Source: a virus. Taken from it: a stretch of 64,000 nucleotides of DNA. The notes beneath the pieces are model-generated. The model made no database searches. It saw only the letters and a program-made list of their open reading frames with translations, and had not been told where the DNA came from. Shown here one piece after another: positions 18,697 through 28,392 of this stretch (position 1 is the stretch's first letter; each line of letters opens with the position of its first letter). The DNA is taken from the IMG/VR virus record IMGVR_UViG_3300033405_000004, positions 64,001 through 128,000 of that record, one strand, 5' to 3'. A program made the translations under genes and the position numbers.

Positions 18697-19608
18697 ATGA
18701 CCCTCCAACCCGAAGCTGCCATCCTGCGACAGGCGATGCTATTCAGCCTGACGCGCCACGCGTGGTCGAACCGCCGCGAGGGCGACAAGACCGCTATCGA
18801 GACCACCGCCGACAAGAAGAACCTCAACATGACGAAGCGGCTCCTGAACTGCAAGGAGCTCGACGCCGTCAACGAGCACCTGAACGCCATCTACGAGTGG
18901 TGCTTCAGCCACGCGATGCAGTCCAGGACCCGCAAGGGCATCTACTTCGTCAAGCGGGACATGATCCCTGAGTTCGAGGCCCGGCTGGCCGAGGCCAACC
19001 GGAAGCTGCGCGAGGATCTCGTGCCCGCCCTCGTCGCCGCGTACCCCGCCGCCCGCGAGTCCATGCGGCTCCCCGCCGAGAACGGGGGCCTGGGCGACCT
19101 CTTCAAGGAGAGCGACTACCCCACCGCCGCCGAACTGGCCAAATCCTTCTACGTCGAGTGGTCGTGGCTGGCCCTGTCCGTGCCGAACGAGCTTCCCGAG
19201 GAGGTTCGCCAGCGCGAGGTCGCCAAGCTGCGCGAGAGCATGGAGGCGGCGCAGCAGGAGGTCGTGTACGCCCTCCGCGTCGGCTTCAAGAAGCTGGTCG
19301 ACCACGCCGTCGAGCGGCTCACGCCGAACCCGGACGGCAGCGTCAAGGTCCTCCGCGAGAGCACCCTCACCGGTAACTTCGAGCAGTTTTTCGAGGCCTT
19401 CCACGCCCGCGACCTGATGGGCGACTCCGAACTCAGCGCCCTCGTCGACCAGGCCCGCGCCATCGTCAAGGACATGCCCGACTCCGAGAAGCTGCGCAAG
19501 CGCCGCAGCCTGCTCTCTTCGACCGCCGCCTCCTTCAAGAAGGTCGGCGACGTGCTGGACACCCTCATCATCAACACCCCCATCCGCAAGTTCGACTTGG
19601 AGGCCTGA
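18697..19608 (+). CDS. DUF3150-like protein
   Basis: Helical 303-aa protein with KRLL, GIYFV and DYPT..EL...F motifs; ends PIRKFDLEA. Confidence 0.7.
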   Translation: MTLQPEAAILRQAMLFSLTRHAWSNRREGDKTAIETTADKKNLNMTKRLLNCKELDAVNEHLNAIYEWCFSHAMQSRTRKGIYFVKRDMIPEFEARLAEANRKLREDLVPALVAAYPAARESMRLPAENGGLGDLFKESDYPTAAELAKSFYVEWSWLALSVPNELPEEVRQREVAKLRESMEAAQQEVVYALRVGFKKLVDHAVERLTPNPDGSVKVLRESTLTGNFEQFFEAFHARDLMGDSELSALVDQARAIVKDMPDSEKLRKRRSLLSSTAASFKKVGDVLDTLIINTPIRKFDLEA

Positions 19609-19821
19609 ATGAGCGACTTTAGACTCTACGTTGTCTTTATTACCCTGCCGGACGGTACGCGTCGCTATTTTAAGGGCCATCGGACTCCGGCGATTAAGAG
19701 CTTCCGTGGTCGCGTCAAAGCTAGCCAGATTGGCGTGTGCCGCGGTCAGGCCGAGGGCCTGCGGGGCATGTACTCCGACCTGAACGCTCAGATTGAACCC
19801 CGAGACGCAGTGGAGGCCTGA
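19609..19821 (+). CDS. hypothetical protein
   Basis: Coupled ORF with lower GC. Confidence 0.5.
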   Translation: MSDFRLYVVFITLPDGTRRYFKGHRTPAIKSFRGRVKASQIGVCRGQAEGLRGMYSDLNAQIEPRDAVEA

Positions 19822-20039
19822 TGCCGCTGATCAAGAAGTTCCACGACGCCGAGATCGAGCCGGTGCTGGAGGCGGTCCGCTCCATCGTGAGGAAGCTGCC
19901 GCAGCGCGCGAATCGCGTCCGCATCCCGCCCGGCCTCAGCCCCGATCAGGTCTATTACATCGAGCATGGCCACTACCCGCCCAGGAAGGAAAAACCCAGG
20001 AAGCCCATCCGCAAGTTCGACTTGGAGGATCGCCAATGA
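19821..20039 (+). CDS. small basic protein ending PIRKFDLEDRQ
   Basis: GGAGG RBS; shared C-terminal motif. Confidence 0.65.
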   Translation: MPLIKKFHDAEIEPVLEAVRSIVRKLPQRANRVRIPPGLSPDQVYYIEHGHYPPRKEKPRKPIRKFDLEDRQ

Positions 20040-20527
20040 CCCCCTTTCAACAGGCTGAAATCCCCGCCTCCGAGCGAGCGGCCACCCGCGCTTCCATCCT
20101 CGAAGCCCACCGCAGGGGCGAGCTGCTCCCCGGCAAGACCGAGGCCGAAGTCGTGGCGGAACTGGACGACGTCGACCGCGAGGACGCCGACGCGGTGTAC
20201 TGGCGTAACGACCTCTACCAGGTGCGCGTGTGCCCCGTCGGCCCGCCGCGGTCCGGCTGGCCCCCGATGGTCCACCTGAGCATCAAGCGGCTCGACCGCC
20301 AGCCCATCCATGACTGGCGCGACCTCCAGGAGATCAAGAACCGGCTGGTCGGCCCGGAGTGCGAGGCGGTCGAGCTTTACCCCGCCGAGAGCTGCGTGGT
20401 CGACTCGGCCAACCAGTTCCACCTGTGGTGCCTCGGCAACGCCGGCCAGCGCTTCCCCTTCGGCTTCCAGGAGCGGCTGGTCACCGACCTTTCCGTTCAC
20501 AAGTCCAAGAATCGCCCCCGAACATGA
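20036..20527 (+). CDS. conserved phage protein (HLSI.R.D...W..LQ.IKN family, DUF7694-like)
   Basis: HLSIKRLD..IHDWRDLQEIKN..G.ECEAVELYP...VD.AN.FHLW. Confidence 0.8.
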   Translation: MTPFQQAEIPASERAATRASILEAHRRGELLPGKTEAEVVAELDDVDREDADAVYWRNDLYQVRVCPVGPPRSGWPPMVHLSIKRLDRQPIHDWRDLQEIKNRLVGPECEAVELYPAESCVVDSANQFHLWCLGNAGQRFPFGFQERLVTDLSVHKSKNRPRT

Positions 20528-20784
20528 GACGCCCCCGCCTAGTTGTTTGTGCCGCCCTCCGCCTTGGCATCCGCATCATCTGCGGGCCACGCCATTACGA
20601 TTCCACCATGCGCCAGCAGATGCTGGAGCCGCGTGCGTGGTGCGTTGCGGAGCAGGGTTTCGTCGACCAGAAGGGCCGGTTCCTTACCCGCGAGCAAGCG
20701 CGCGCCATCGCCGAGAGGCGCGGCCAGATCCGCTACCGCTGCGGCGGCGACGAGAAGAAGCTATTTAGTGACAACCTCTACTGA
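20524..20784 (+). CDS. conserved small phage protein
   Basis: G.RH, QGF.DQ.GRFLTREQA and LFS..LY motifs. Confidence 0.75.
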   Translation: MRRPRLVVCAALRLGIRIICGPRHYDSTMRQQMLEPRAWCVAEQGFVDQKGRFLTREQARAIAERRGQIRYRCGGDEKKLFSDNLY

Positions 20785-20785
20785 A

Positions 20786-20983
20786 ATGCGCAAGGCAATC
20801 ACAACCCTTTTGAGCGCCCTGTGGGTGGTGGGCTGGGTCTCGGCGGGCCTCGCGACGCTGAACCGCTCCCATCTGTTCAAGGTGCCCCAGCCGGCCCACG
20901 CCTGGTTCGTTGTCATCGTGTTCTGGCTGGCCATCCTGTTCGCCGGCCTGGGCCTCATCCGCGGGGCGATGCGGGAGCGTTAG
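20786..20983 (+). CDS. small two-TM membrane protein
   Basis: Two hydrophobic segments. Confidence 0.55.
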   Translation: MRKAITTLLSALWVVGWVSAGLATLNRSHLFKVPQPAHAWFVVIVFWLAILFAGLGLIRGAMRER

Positions 20984-23514
20984 GCGACGGTGGCGCTCTT
21001 GATTTCGACGGCGTAGCCCTCCGCCGCGCCGATGGTGGCCCCGGACGCCTGCTGCGTGGTCGTCGTGGCCGTGAAGTAGATGTAGACGTTGCTCAGGACC
21101 GGCGGCAAGCTGCCGTCCAGCGGGTAGGTGGAGAGCGTCGCCGTGATCGTGTAGGCGTCGCCCACCGTCAGGTTGATGCAGGTGACCGTCCAGTCCACGG
21201 TCTGGCTCAGGGTGCCGCCGGCCGGGCCGGGGTTGGCGACGGTGTAGGCCAGGGGCTGGTTGCCGTCCGGCGAGCCGGGGTAGTGGCTCACGGCCGCGAT
21301 GTCCACGATCGTGGGCTCGGTGGCGAACTGGCCGAAGGCCGACGGCACCGCCGAGAAGTCCGCCGTGAAGGGCTGCAGGCCCTGGGACGCGCAGCCGTTG
21401 TCGACGAGGGGCAGGAAGTCCGGGCCGGCCACCACCGCCCCGAAGTCGTTCATCCACGCCTGGAACGTGCGGAGCACGGGCGTGCAGTTTGGGTCCGTGG
21501 CGAGCACCCGGGTGCCCTGGTCGAGCTGGAGGCCCGCCGGCACGAGCGCCAGCCGCCCGACGTCGCCCGGGCCCCCTAGCTGGAACGCCTGGGCGAGCCT
21601 CGTCTCGACGAGGGAGATGGCCCTGAGCCATGCGCCGTTCGCCGCCGCGTCCCACAGGTGGTCCCCCGTGGCCGGGTCCAGCGTGCGGTAGTCCGTGGGC
21701 GGGGTGGTCTGCGTCGCGGCGGCCGAGCGCTGCACGCTCTCCAGGGCGCGCTGCACGAGCAGCTGCTTGTAGGGGTCGTAGGCCAGCGGGTTGGGCAGCG
21801 TCTCGACGGTGTCGAAGACGCGGACGTCGTAGGCGAAGACGTAGAGGCAGATCTGGGTGCCCCCGGACCAGCTGACCGTGAGCGTCGGCTGCGTCAACGC
21901 GGACGTGACGCACACGTCGAACCAGGCCGCGTCGACCCGGCCCGGCACCCCGGCGAGTGTCAGCGGGTACGAGCTGTAGCCGCCCAGGCCGACCTGCACG
22001 GTGTACAGCACCTGCTGCCCGGAGGCCGCCTGGGTGAAGAAGGAGATCTCGTCGAGCGTGAACTGCCCGGCCGCGCCGTCCCAGGTCACGGTGAACAGGC
22101 CCGGGCCGCCGGGCGAGTTCAGCTGGACTAGCTGGCTCGTGACGGGCGTGCCCGCGGGCTGGTTGTAGACCAGCGACCCGTCGAAGACGGCCACGCCGTT
22201 GTAGGCGCAGCTTAGGTTGAAGCTGAGCGTCTGGGCGGTGTCGTCCCGGAAGGTGAGGCTGAAGAAGAGCGTCCCCGCCGGCAGCGGGAACTGCCAGGAG
22301 TGCGTCCCGCCCTGGTAGTAGGTCACGGCCGTGCCGTTGGCCGACCCCTCCAGGTTCTGGAAGCCGAGGATGTCGATGTCCGTCGAAGGCTGGAGCGTCA
22401 GGCCGACCCGCACGCAGGAGGCCGGGATCTGCGCGGGCACGCCGAACGTCGCCGAGCCGGCGACGGGGAGCAGCACCGAGTCGGACTGGTAGAGGCCGCC
22501 GGAGGTGACGAAGTTGTTGGGCAGTGCGGTGAGGAAGAGGGTCCGGTCCTTCCAGGGGCGCACGTTCACCCGGGCGGATTTCTGCCGCCAGTACTCGGCG
22601 TCGAGGTAGCCCGGCACGTCGTAGATGACCGTGACCGTGCTGTTGAACGCGCTGCTGAAGCTCGTGGCCGTCGGGGAGGGCCCGCCCGCGTCGGACAGGT
22701 CCTCGCCGGCCCAGGAGAGCGTCTGGGTCGTCCGGTCGAAGACCAGCTGGAGCCTGCCGGGCACGAGCGGCTGCGCGGCCCAGGTGCGGAAACGCCCGTC
22801 GTCGCTGACCAGGGCGTAGACCTCCGGCTCGGCCGCGTTCGGGCCGGCGACCTGCACCAGCAGCCGGGAGGCGACGGCGTAGACGTTGCCCAGGTTGTTC
22901 ACCGTGGCCGCCACGTAGGCGGCCAGCACGTTGTCCCGCCACGCCAGGAACTGGTCGGTGCTGGAGAAGAGCCCGGGGGCGAGCGGGAGGTTGTAGCCGG
23001 CGTCGACGTTGCCCTGGCTGATGCCGTAGGCGAGCGCCCAGAGGTCGCTCGTCGCCAGGCCGGGGAGCACGTCCGCGGGGAGGGGGTTGTCCGCCAGCTG
23101 CTCGGCGGCCTGCTGGAGGGCCTCGTAGATCAGGAGGTCGCGGGCGTAGAGCTGCTGGTCCGTCGCGGCGGCGTTCACCGGGAGCGACTGGTTGTCCACG
23201 TGGTCCACGGTGCCGGGGAAGCCCACGGTCGGCGGCAGGTCCACGGCGGCGTTCTGCAGCGCCCCCGCCGCGGGGTACGGGAGGGCCGGCCTGGGCGCCC
23301 GGAAGTCCCAGATGTCCGAGGTCTTGAGTGCCACCTGGGCGATGGCCGCCCCGACGAGCAGGTCCCGGTAAGCCAGCTCCCGGTCCCGCCCGGCGTACTG
23401 GCCGACGTCGAGGGCCGCGTCGAACGCCACGGTGCCCAGGGTGGGGCCGGGCGCCACCGCCTTGGCCCAGTCGAGCCGCGGCACCAGCGGGAGGATGTAG
23501 GCGGACTGCAGCAT
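20980..23514 (-). CDS. large virion structural protein
   Basis: 844 aa, beta-rich and low in Lys; start MLQSAYIL coupled to the upstream stop. Confidence 0.75.
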   Translation of the reverse strand: MLQSAYILPLVPRLDWAKAVAPGPTLGTVAFDAALDVGQYAGRDRELAYRDLLVGAAIAQVALKTSDIWDFRAPRPALPYPAAGALQNAAVDLPPTVGFPGTVDHVDNQSLPVNAAATDQQLYARDLLIYEALQQAAEQLADNPLPADVLPGLATSDLWALAYGISQGNVDAGYNLPLAPGLFSSTDQFLAWRDNVLAAYVAATVNNLGNVYAVASRLLVQVAGPNAAEPEVYALVSDDGRFRTWAAQPLVPGRLQLVFDRTTQTLSWAGEDLSDAGGPSPTATSFSSAFNSTVTVIYDVPGYLDAEYWRQKSARVNVRPWKDRTLFLTALPNNFVTSGGLYQSDSVLLPVAGSATFGVPAQIPASCVRVGLTLQPSTDIDILGFQNLEGSANGTAVTYYQGGTHSWQFPLPAGTLFFSLTFRDDTAQTLSFNLSCAYNGVAVFDGSLVYNQPAGTPVTSQLVQLNSPGGPGLFTVTWDGAAGQFTLDEISFFTQAASGQQVLYTVQVGLGGYSSYPLTLAGVPGRVDAAWFDVCVTSALTQPTLTVSWSGGTQICLYVFAYDVRVFDTVETLPNPLAYDPYKQLLVQRALESVQRSAAATQTTPPTDYRTLDPATGDHLWDAAANGAWLRAISLVETRLAQAFQLGGPGDVGRLALVPAGLQLDQGTRVLATDPNCTPVLRTFQAWMNDFGAVVAGPDFLPLVDNGCASQGLQPFTADFSAVPSAFGQFATEPTIVDIAAVSHYPGSPDGNQPLAYTVANPGPAGGTLSQTVDWTVTCINLTVGDAYTITATLSTYPLDGSLPPVLSNVYIYFTATTTTQQASGATIGAAEGYAVEIKSATVA

Positions 23515-23954
23515 CAGGAGGTGAAGTTCATCACCCGGAAGGCCCCGGAGCACGCCACGTCGACGTCCGATTCCGCCAGGTTGTTCACGAGCAGGATGAG
23601 GTAGGTGCCCGTCGACTCCACCTCGTGGTAGAAGTACGGGCTGGTCTGGTTCACGCCGGGCACGTCCACCGGCGTGTACGCCAGCGGCTGGCCGGGGGCC
23701 GTGAGGATGCCCGCCCCCGCCTCGTAGAAGCCGGCGTAGACCGAGCCGAGGCCGGGGTTGACCTTGGCCGGGAGGTCGGGCGCCAGCACCCTGATCAGGT
23801 GCACGGAGAGCCACCTGAGCCGGAAGACCTGCCCTGCCGCGAGGTTTAGATAGGCGACGGGGATGCTGTACTGGGCTTTCACCCGGCTCTGCTGGAGGCT
23901 GAAGCCCTGGTCCAGCACCTGGCTCAGGCCGGCGTCGGTGACGTAGGCGCCCAT
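23514..23954 (-). CDS. virion protein, paralogue of 23957..24493
   Basis: YVT, F.LRWL..HLI, LG.VY.G.Y and VNN motifs shared with the neighbour. Confidence 0.75.
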   Translation of the reverse strand: MGAYVTDAGLSQVLDQGFSLQQSRVKAQYSIPVAYLNLAAGQVFRLRWLSVHLIRVLAPDLPAKVNPGLGSVYAGFYEAGAGILTAPGQPLAYTPVDVPGVNQTSPYFYHEVESTGTYLILLVNNLAESDVDVACSGAFRVMNFTS

Positions 23955-23956
23955 GG

Positions 23957-24493
23957 TCAGCTGCTGGCGTTGGTGCCGAACGCCAGGTTCACGCGCACCT
24001 GTCCAGAGACCGACACCCGCTCCAGCTGGTTGGTGGTGTTGTTCACGATCACGAAGGAGTAGACCCCGGCGGCCGCGTAAGTCGTGGGCGCCAGCGGGCG
24101 GATGGCGTACTGCGGGGGCAGGAGCGCCGCGTTGTAGGGGATGTAGAGGGGTGCCTCCTGCGCCGCCTGGAAGCTGGGCACCTGTTGGTCGTCGAAGCCC
24201 GTGTAGAGGCCCACGTAGACCAGGCCGAGCGTCGGCACCACGAGGTTCGGGCCCTGCGCCGGGAACACGCACTCGCCCTGGGCGTTCGGGGTGGTGACCA
24301 CCACCGCGCCGGTGCTGCCCACCGCCTCCATCTCGATCAGGTGCAGCTGGAGCCACCGCAGCGTGAAGGCCTGGGGCGTGTCGATGCGGAATGTCGAGAC
24401 GATCAGCCACTGGTTCGCCGGGAGGTCCGTCAGCGGGAGCTGCACCGGCACGTCGAGCTGCTGGTCAAGCTGGTCAAGGGTCACATAGCTCAC
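23957..24493 (-). CDS. virion protein
   Basis: TAGTTAG-N3-GTG upstream; paralogous to the downstream gene. Confidence 0.75.
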   Translation of the reverse strand: MSYVTLDQLDQQLDVPVQLPLTDLPANQWLIVSTFRIDTPQAFTLRWLQLHLIEMEAVGSTGAVVVTTPNAQGECVFPAQGPNLVVPTLGLVYVGLYTGFDDQQVPSFQAAQEAPLYIPYNAALLPPQYAIRPLAPTTYAAAGVYSFVIVNNTTNQLERVSVSGQVRVNLAFGTNASS

Positions 24494-24500
24494 GCACTAA

Positions 24501-25202
24501 CTAACCCGGAGGCCCCGAGGCCACCGGCACCAACGTGTAGCCCTGCATGTCCGGGTCGATGTAGTCCTGGAGGTCCCTCAGGAGCGGGTCCATCTCATCC
24601 CAGTCTTTTGACCAGCCTTCAGGGTCTAGCTCGTCTTCGCCCAAGTCGAAGTGGACCAGCGTTTCCATCGTGGCGTCGAACAGCGTTATCCGGTAGGGCT
24701 TCTGGCCGGGCTTCGTGTTGCGCGAGACTAGCATCCATCCGTGCCCCGTGTACTCCTTTTCCTCCTCGTCCAGGGCGTCGTAGTCGATCCGATACCGTCC
24801 GAGGCCTAGTTTCGCCTCGCCGATCCGGGCCCGCAGCCGCGCCTGGTAGTGGGCCGGGCAGGGGGCCTCCTGGCAGTCCATGCCCTTGGCCTTGGCCCAG
24901 TCCCGCACCTCCTGCGCGTCGGGGCACTCTGGGCAGACCTTCGCCATGAAGCCGCCCCGCGGGTTGGGCTTGTAGCCTTGGAAGGCTTTCCAGTCGCGGG
25001 AGTCGTCCTCCAGCAGCGCGTCCGCCAGCCGGCGGCCAAGAGCCTCGGCCTGCTGGCGCCAGTGTGGCGCCCCGTAAAACATCCGGGCGCGGCACCGCTT
25101 GCAGTCAGCCACCAGCCACCCGCCGACCACGTGGTGCACGAGGTCGTTGCTGCCGCACTCCACGCACTCGGTGGGCACGGCCTGGTCGATGGCGGCGGGC
25201 AT
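24501..25202 (-). CDS. multidomain zinc-finger hypothetical protein
   Basis: Several CxxC pairs; EALGRRLADALLE linker; TAGTTAG-N3-ATG upstream. Confidence 0.7.
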   Translation of the reverse strand: MPAAIDQAVPTECVECGSNDLVHHVVGGWLVADCKRCRARMFYGAPHWRQQAEALGRRLADALLEDDSRDWKAFQGYKPNPRGGFMAKVCPECPDAQEVRDWAKAKGMDCQEAPCPAHYQARLRARIGEAKLGLGRYRIDYDALDEEEKEYTGHGWMLVSRNTKPGQKPYRITLFDATMETLVHFDLGEDELDPEGWSKDWDEMDPLLRDLQDYIDPDMQGYTLVPVASGPPG

Positions 25203-25239
25203 GCCCTAACTACGTTTTCTAAGCGTGATCCCGTGAACA

Positions 25240-25269
25240 GGAAGGCCCGCCTTTTGGGGCGGGCCTTCC
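25240..25269 (-). terminator. strong hairpin downstream of the major capsid gene
   Basis: GGAAGGCCCGCC / GGCGGGCCTTCC 12-bp perfect stem. Confidence 0.7.
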
Positions 25270-25309
25270 AATGGAAACCCAAAACTACTCTCTATGGCCG
25301 AAGGTTGGT

Positions 25310-26764
25310 TCAGCCGATGATCGGGCCGAAGCTGACCGGGCTGTTGAGCACCAGGCCGCGGGCGTAGAACTTGTCGTTCACCATCTTCTTGGCGAAGCTG
25401 GTGGCGAAGCCCCGACGGTGCAGGAAGTCCGTCAGCATGATGTCGGGCGTGGTGTAGAGCTTCTGGTACTCCGCCAGCACGTAGCCCGTCGTGAGGAACT
25501 GGTCGCCCTTGTAGCCGATCAGGAACTCGTTGATGGGATAGTGCGGGTCGGCGAAGACCTTAAATTGGCCTAAATCGCCAATGTAAGTGATGCCCTGCAT
25601 CTTCACCCGGCTGCCCTTTGCGTTGAACTGGGGCAGCGTCTCTACCACCGTGGCGGCCTGCAGGCCCAGGAGCAGCCAGTTGCCGGACGCCATGTTGCTG
25701 GCGCTGAAGATGAAGTTGGATGCGGTCGTGAACGCGTCGATGATCGAGAACTTGTGCGTCTGGTAGTTCACGCCCGAGGGGGCGGTCGCGTCCCACTGCA
25801 CGAAGCCGGCGTCCGCGCGAGCGCGGAGGTCGTAGATCACCTGGCGGTGCTTCTGGTACTGGAGCGCGTTGACCAGCGCGTTGAGGAGGGTGCTCTCCAT
25901 CTTCACGTTGTACATCGCGGCCAGGTTCTGGTCGGCCTCTTCCGACCAGAGGGCGCGCAGCTTGAGGACCTTCGCGGTCACCGGGGTCTGGGTGAGCTTG
26001 AGCTCGTACCCCTGGATGTTCGCGTTGCCCTCGGAGTTGTACGCGTAGGTCACCGTGCAGGCGGTGGTCGTCGGGCCGACGAGGACGATGGTGCCCAGGG
26101 CGTAGTTGATGGTGCCGGTGATGCCGGTGCCGACCACGTTCCCGTTGCCGTCGTCCGTCGCGTAGTCAGCGCCCATCGTGACCTGGAGGGTGCCGGAGCG
26201 GACCGGCGTCCAGGACAGGGTGGTGCTGACGTTGCCGGCGCCGTCGGAGGTGCCGAGCGACTCGTTCGTCACGAGCTCGTCCGAGTCGTCGAAGCGGTCG
26301 ACTGCGCCCTGCAGCGCGCGCCACATGGGCGTGCCCGCCGGGGTCTGGCCCTTCGCGCGCTCAGTCACGATGTCGAGGTAGACGATCTGGCTGACCGGGC
26401 CGGCCATGGGCTGGAGCGCCACGAGCTGGTCGATCACGTCGTTCTCCGACATGTTCGCGATGACGGGGAAGATCCACTTGTCGAAGGTGCCGAGGCTCTG
26501 CGTGCGGGTCACCTCGTCGAGGCGCCCGAACCGGCGGCGGCAGTTTTCGAGCATGATGGCCGTTGTGGCCTGTTTGTGCTCAGGCATGTGCGAGACGTAC
26601 TGCTTCCAGCCGCGCGCCTCCCACAGGTTCTTGTACGAGCCCTCCGGGACGCCGATGTCGGTGGTGGCGAGCCGCGCACCCCATTCGAGAATCTGGGGGA
26701 ATGTCGCTGCCCCGCCTCCATCCGTCACCAGGGTGGGCCTGTTAACGCTGTCCATGAGAATCAT
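25310..26764 (-). CDS. gp23: major capsid protein (T4 gp23-like)
   Basis: TAIMLEN, LQPMAGP, VTAK..KLRA.WS.EA.Q.L.A and IGYKG motifs. Confidence 0.95.
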   Translation of the reverse strand: MILMDSVNRPTLVTDGGGAATFPQILEWGARLATTDIGVPEGSYKNLWEARGWKQYVSHMPEHKQATTAIMLENCRRRFGRLDEVTRTQSLGTFDKWIFPVIANMSENDVIDQLVALQPMAGPVSQIVYLDIVTERAKGQTPAGTPMWRALQGAVDRFDDSDELVTNESLGTSDGAGNVSTTLSWTPVRSGTLQVTMGADYATDDGNGNVVGTGITGTINYALGTIVLVGPTTTACTVTYAYNSEGNANIQGYELKLTQTPVTAKVLKLRALWSEEADQNLAAMYNVKMESTLLNALVNALQYQKHRQVIYDLRARADAGFVQWDATAPSGVNYQTHKFSIIDAFTTASNFIFSASNMASGNWLLLGLQAATVVETLPQFNAKGSRVKMQGITYIGDLGQFKVFADPHYPINEFLIGYKGDQFLTTGYVLAEYQKLYTTPDIMLTDFLHRRGFATSFAKKMVNDKFYARGLVLNSPVSFGPIIG

Positions 26765-26829
26765 GGTGATGTCCTTTATTGGATGATGTGAGTGTTACCG
26801 GGTTGTTTGGCGGTGTAACTGCGGGGCAG

Positions 26830-28392
26830 TTAGCCGTTCAAAACTGCTTTGGAGAGGCGGGCCGTGAGCTCGGTGCTCTCGGCGACCGTGAAGGGCCGGT
26901 CGACGGGGTACTCGGGCGCCTTCGGCGCGTCCTTCGGGGCGTCCTTGGGGGTGTCCTTCGGGGCGTCCTTGGGGGCGTCCTTCGACTCCATCGCGGGCTG
27001 CGGGGCGACGACCTTGCCCAGGCCGGCCTTCTCGTCCTTGATGTCGGACGGGACCTTGCCGGCGGCGTCCTTGCTGCCGCCCTTCTCGCCGTCCTTCTTC
27101 GCCTTCTTCAGCTCCTCCTTGATGGGGAGCAGGTGGGCGGGCTTGGTGGCCTCGTTGAGCCTCTTCTTGATGGCCTCGTCCGTCGGGTTGAACTCCAGGA
27201 TGATGAGCCTGCGGCCGAGCGAGGTGGTGTCCTCGTTGTAGCGGCGGGTCATCTCGTCGAGGGCGGCGCAGGTGATGTCCACCTTGCGCTCCAGGAGCGC
27301 GCACTTGCGGGCCTTCGCCTGGAGGCTGTCCCGGAGCGCGGCGATGCGCTTCAGGGTCTCGGCCATCTTCCCCTTGTAGGAAAGAGCCGTTTCGGCGACG
27401 CCCTTCAAGACCTTGAGGGTCTTGGTCTGCTGCTCCTTGAGCGTGGCCGCCTCCCTGCCGGGCGCGGTCGCGGCCTCCGAGAAGCTCTTCTCGATGGCGT
27501 TCAGCTCGTCGTCGATGCGGCGCCCGTCGTAGGACAGCTTCGGGTCCTCTGCGACAAGGGCGGCCACTTCGCGGTGGAGCTGCTGCGCCTGGGTGAGGCT
27601 CTCAGCGAACCGCTGCGGGTCCAGCTTGGTGGGGTCCACGGACCGGAGCCGGCTGACCGATTCATTGATGGATTTGATGTCCGGCATGGGTGTGGTTTTG
27701 GTTGGAGATTTGCCGGCGTCGCCGGCGGGTTGGGAAGGTTTGGCGTCCGCCGCGGGCGCGGGCGGTGCTGCCTCCGAAAGGGGTTGGGCCTTGGCGGCCG
27801 GGGCGGACTCCTTGACCGGCCCCTCCGCGGCGGCCGCCTTGGGCGGCTCGCGGTTGGGGTGGAGCTCGGCCTCGGTGAAGCTCGGCGTGAACACGCAGTC
27901 CCAGGTCTCGCAGACGTAGTCCTCCTGGACGACGTCGACGCCCCTGTCGTTGGCCACGACCGTGCCGTAGCCGCGCGAGGAGACCAGCGGGTTGTAGCCG
28001 ACCTCGATCAGGGCCGACAGCTTGTGACCCTCGGCGGTGTTCACCAGGGTGATCTCGCCGTTGACTTCGTTGCCCTCCATCCAGACCTTGGTCAGGACGT
28101 GGGAGATGGGGCTGTTCAGGTCGACCTTGCCGTCCTTCGGGTGCTCAAGCAGGCCGAAAGCCGAGCGGGCCGCGATCGACTTCTGGAGCTGGGAGCCCTC
28201 GGCGAGGTTCTTCTCCCAGACGGCCTTCGGGTAGATGCGGTTGTTGCCGTTGACCAGGTCGCAGATGGAGAGCCGGCCAGGGATGGTCAGGGGGAAGACG
28301 CTCTTGCCCGCGCTCCTGTCCTCGTGCAAGCGGGTGATGGCCTCGGGCTTGGGGACGAAGGCGTAAGTCTCGTACAGCAGTTGCTTTGCCAC
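26830..28392 (-). CDS. gp21: prohead core protease (gp21/U9) fused to a coiled-coil scaffold region
   Basis: N.NNRIYP, GLLEHP (His), SSRG.G (Ser), WD.V..PS (Asp); long coiled-coil C-terminus; directly upstream of the capsid gene. Confidence 0.9.
   Translation of the reverse strand: MAKQLLYETYAFVPKPEAITRLHEDRSAGKSVFPLTIPGRLSICDLVNGNNRIYPKAVWEKNLAEGSQLQKSIAARSAFGLLEHPKDGKVDLNSPISHVLTKVWMEGNEVNGEITLVNTAEGHKLSALIEVGYNPLVSSRGYGTVVANDRGVDVVQEDYVCETWDCVFTPSFTEAELHPNREPPKAAAAEGPVKESAPAAKAQPLSEAAPPAPAADAKPSQPAGDAGKSPTKTTPMPDIKSINESVSRLRSVDPTKLDPQRFAESLTQAQQLHREVAALVAEDPKLSYDGRRIDDELNAIEKSFSEAATAPGREAATLKEQQTKTLKVLKGVAETALSYKGKMAETLKRIAALRDSLQAKARKCALLERKVDITCAALDEMTRRYNEDTTSLGRRLIILEFNPTDEAIKKRLNEATKPAHLLPIKEELKKAKKDGEKGGSKDAAGKVPSDIKDEKAGLGKVVAPQPAMESKDAPKDAPKDTPKDAPKDAPKAPEYPVDRPFTVAESTELTARLSKAVLNG
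26924..26982 (-). repeat. 12-bp tandem repeat encoding KD[A/T]P x5
   Basis: KDAPKDAPKDTPKDAPKDAP in the scaffold tail. Confidence 0.85.
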
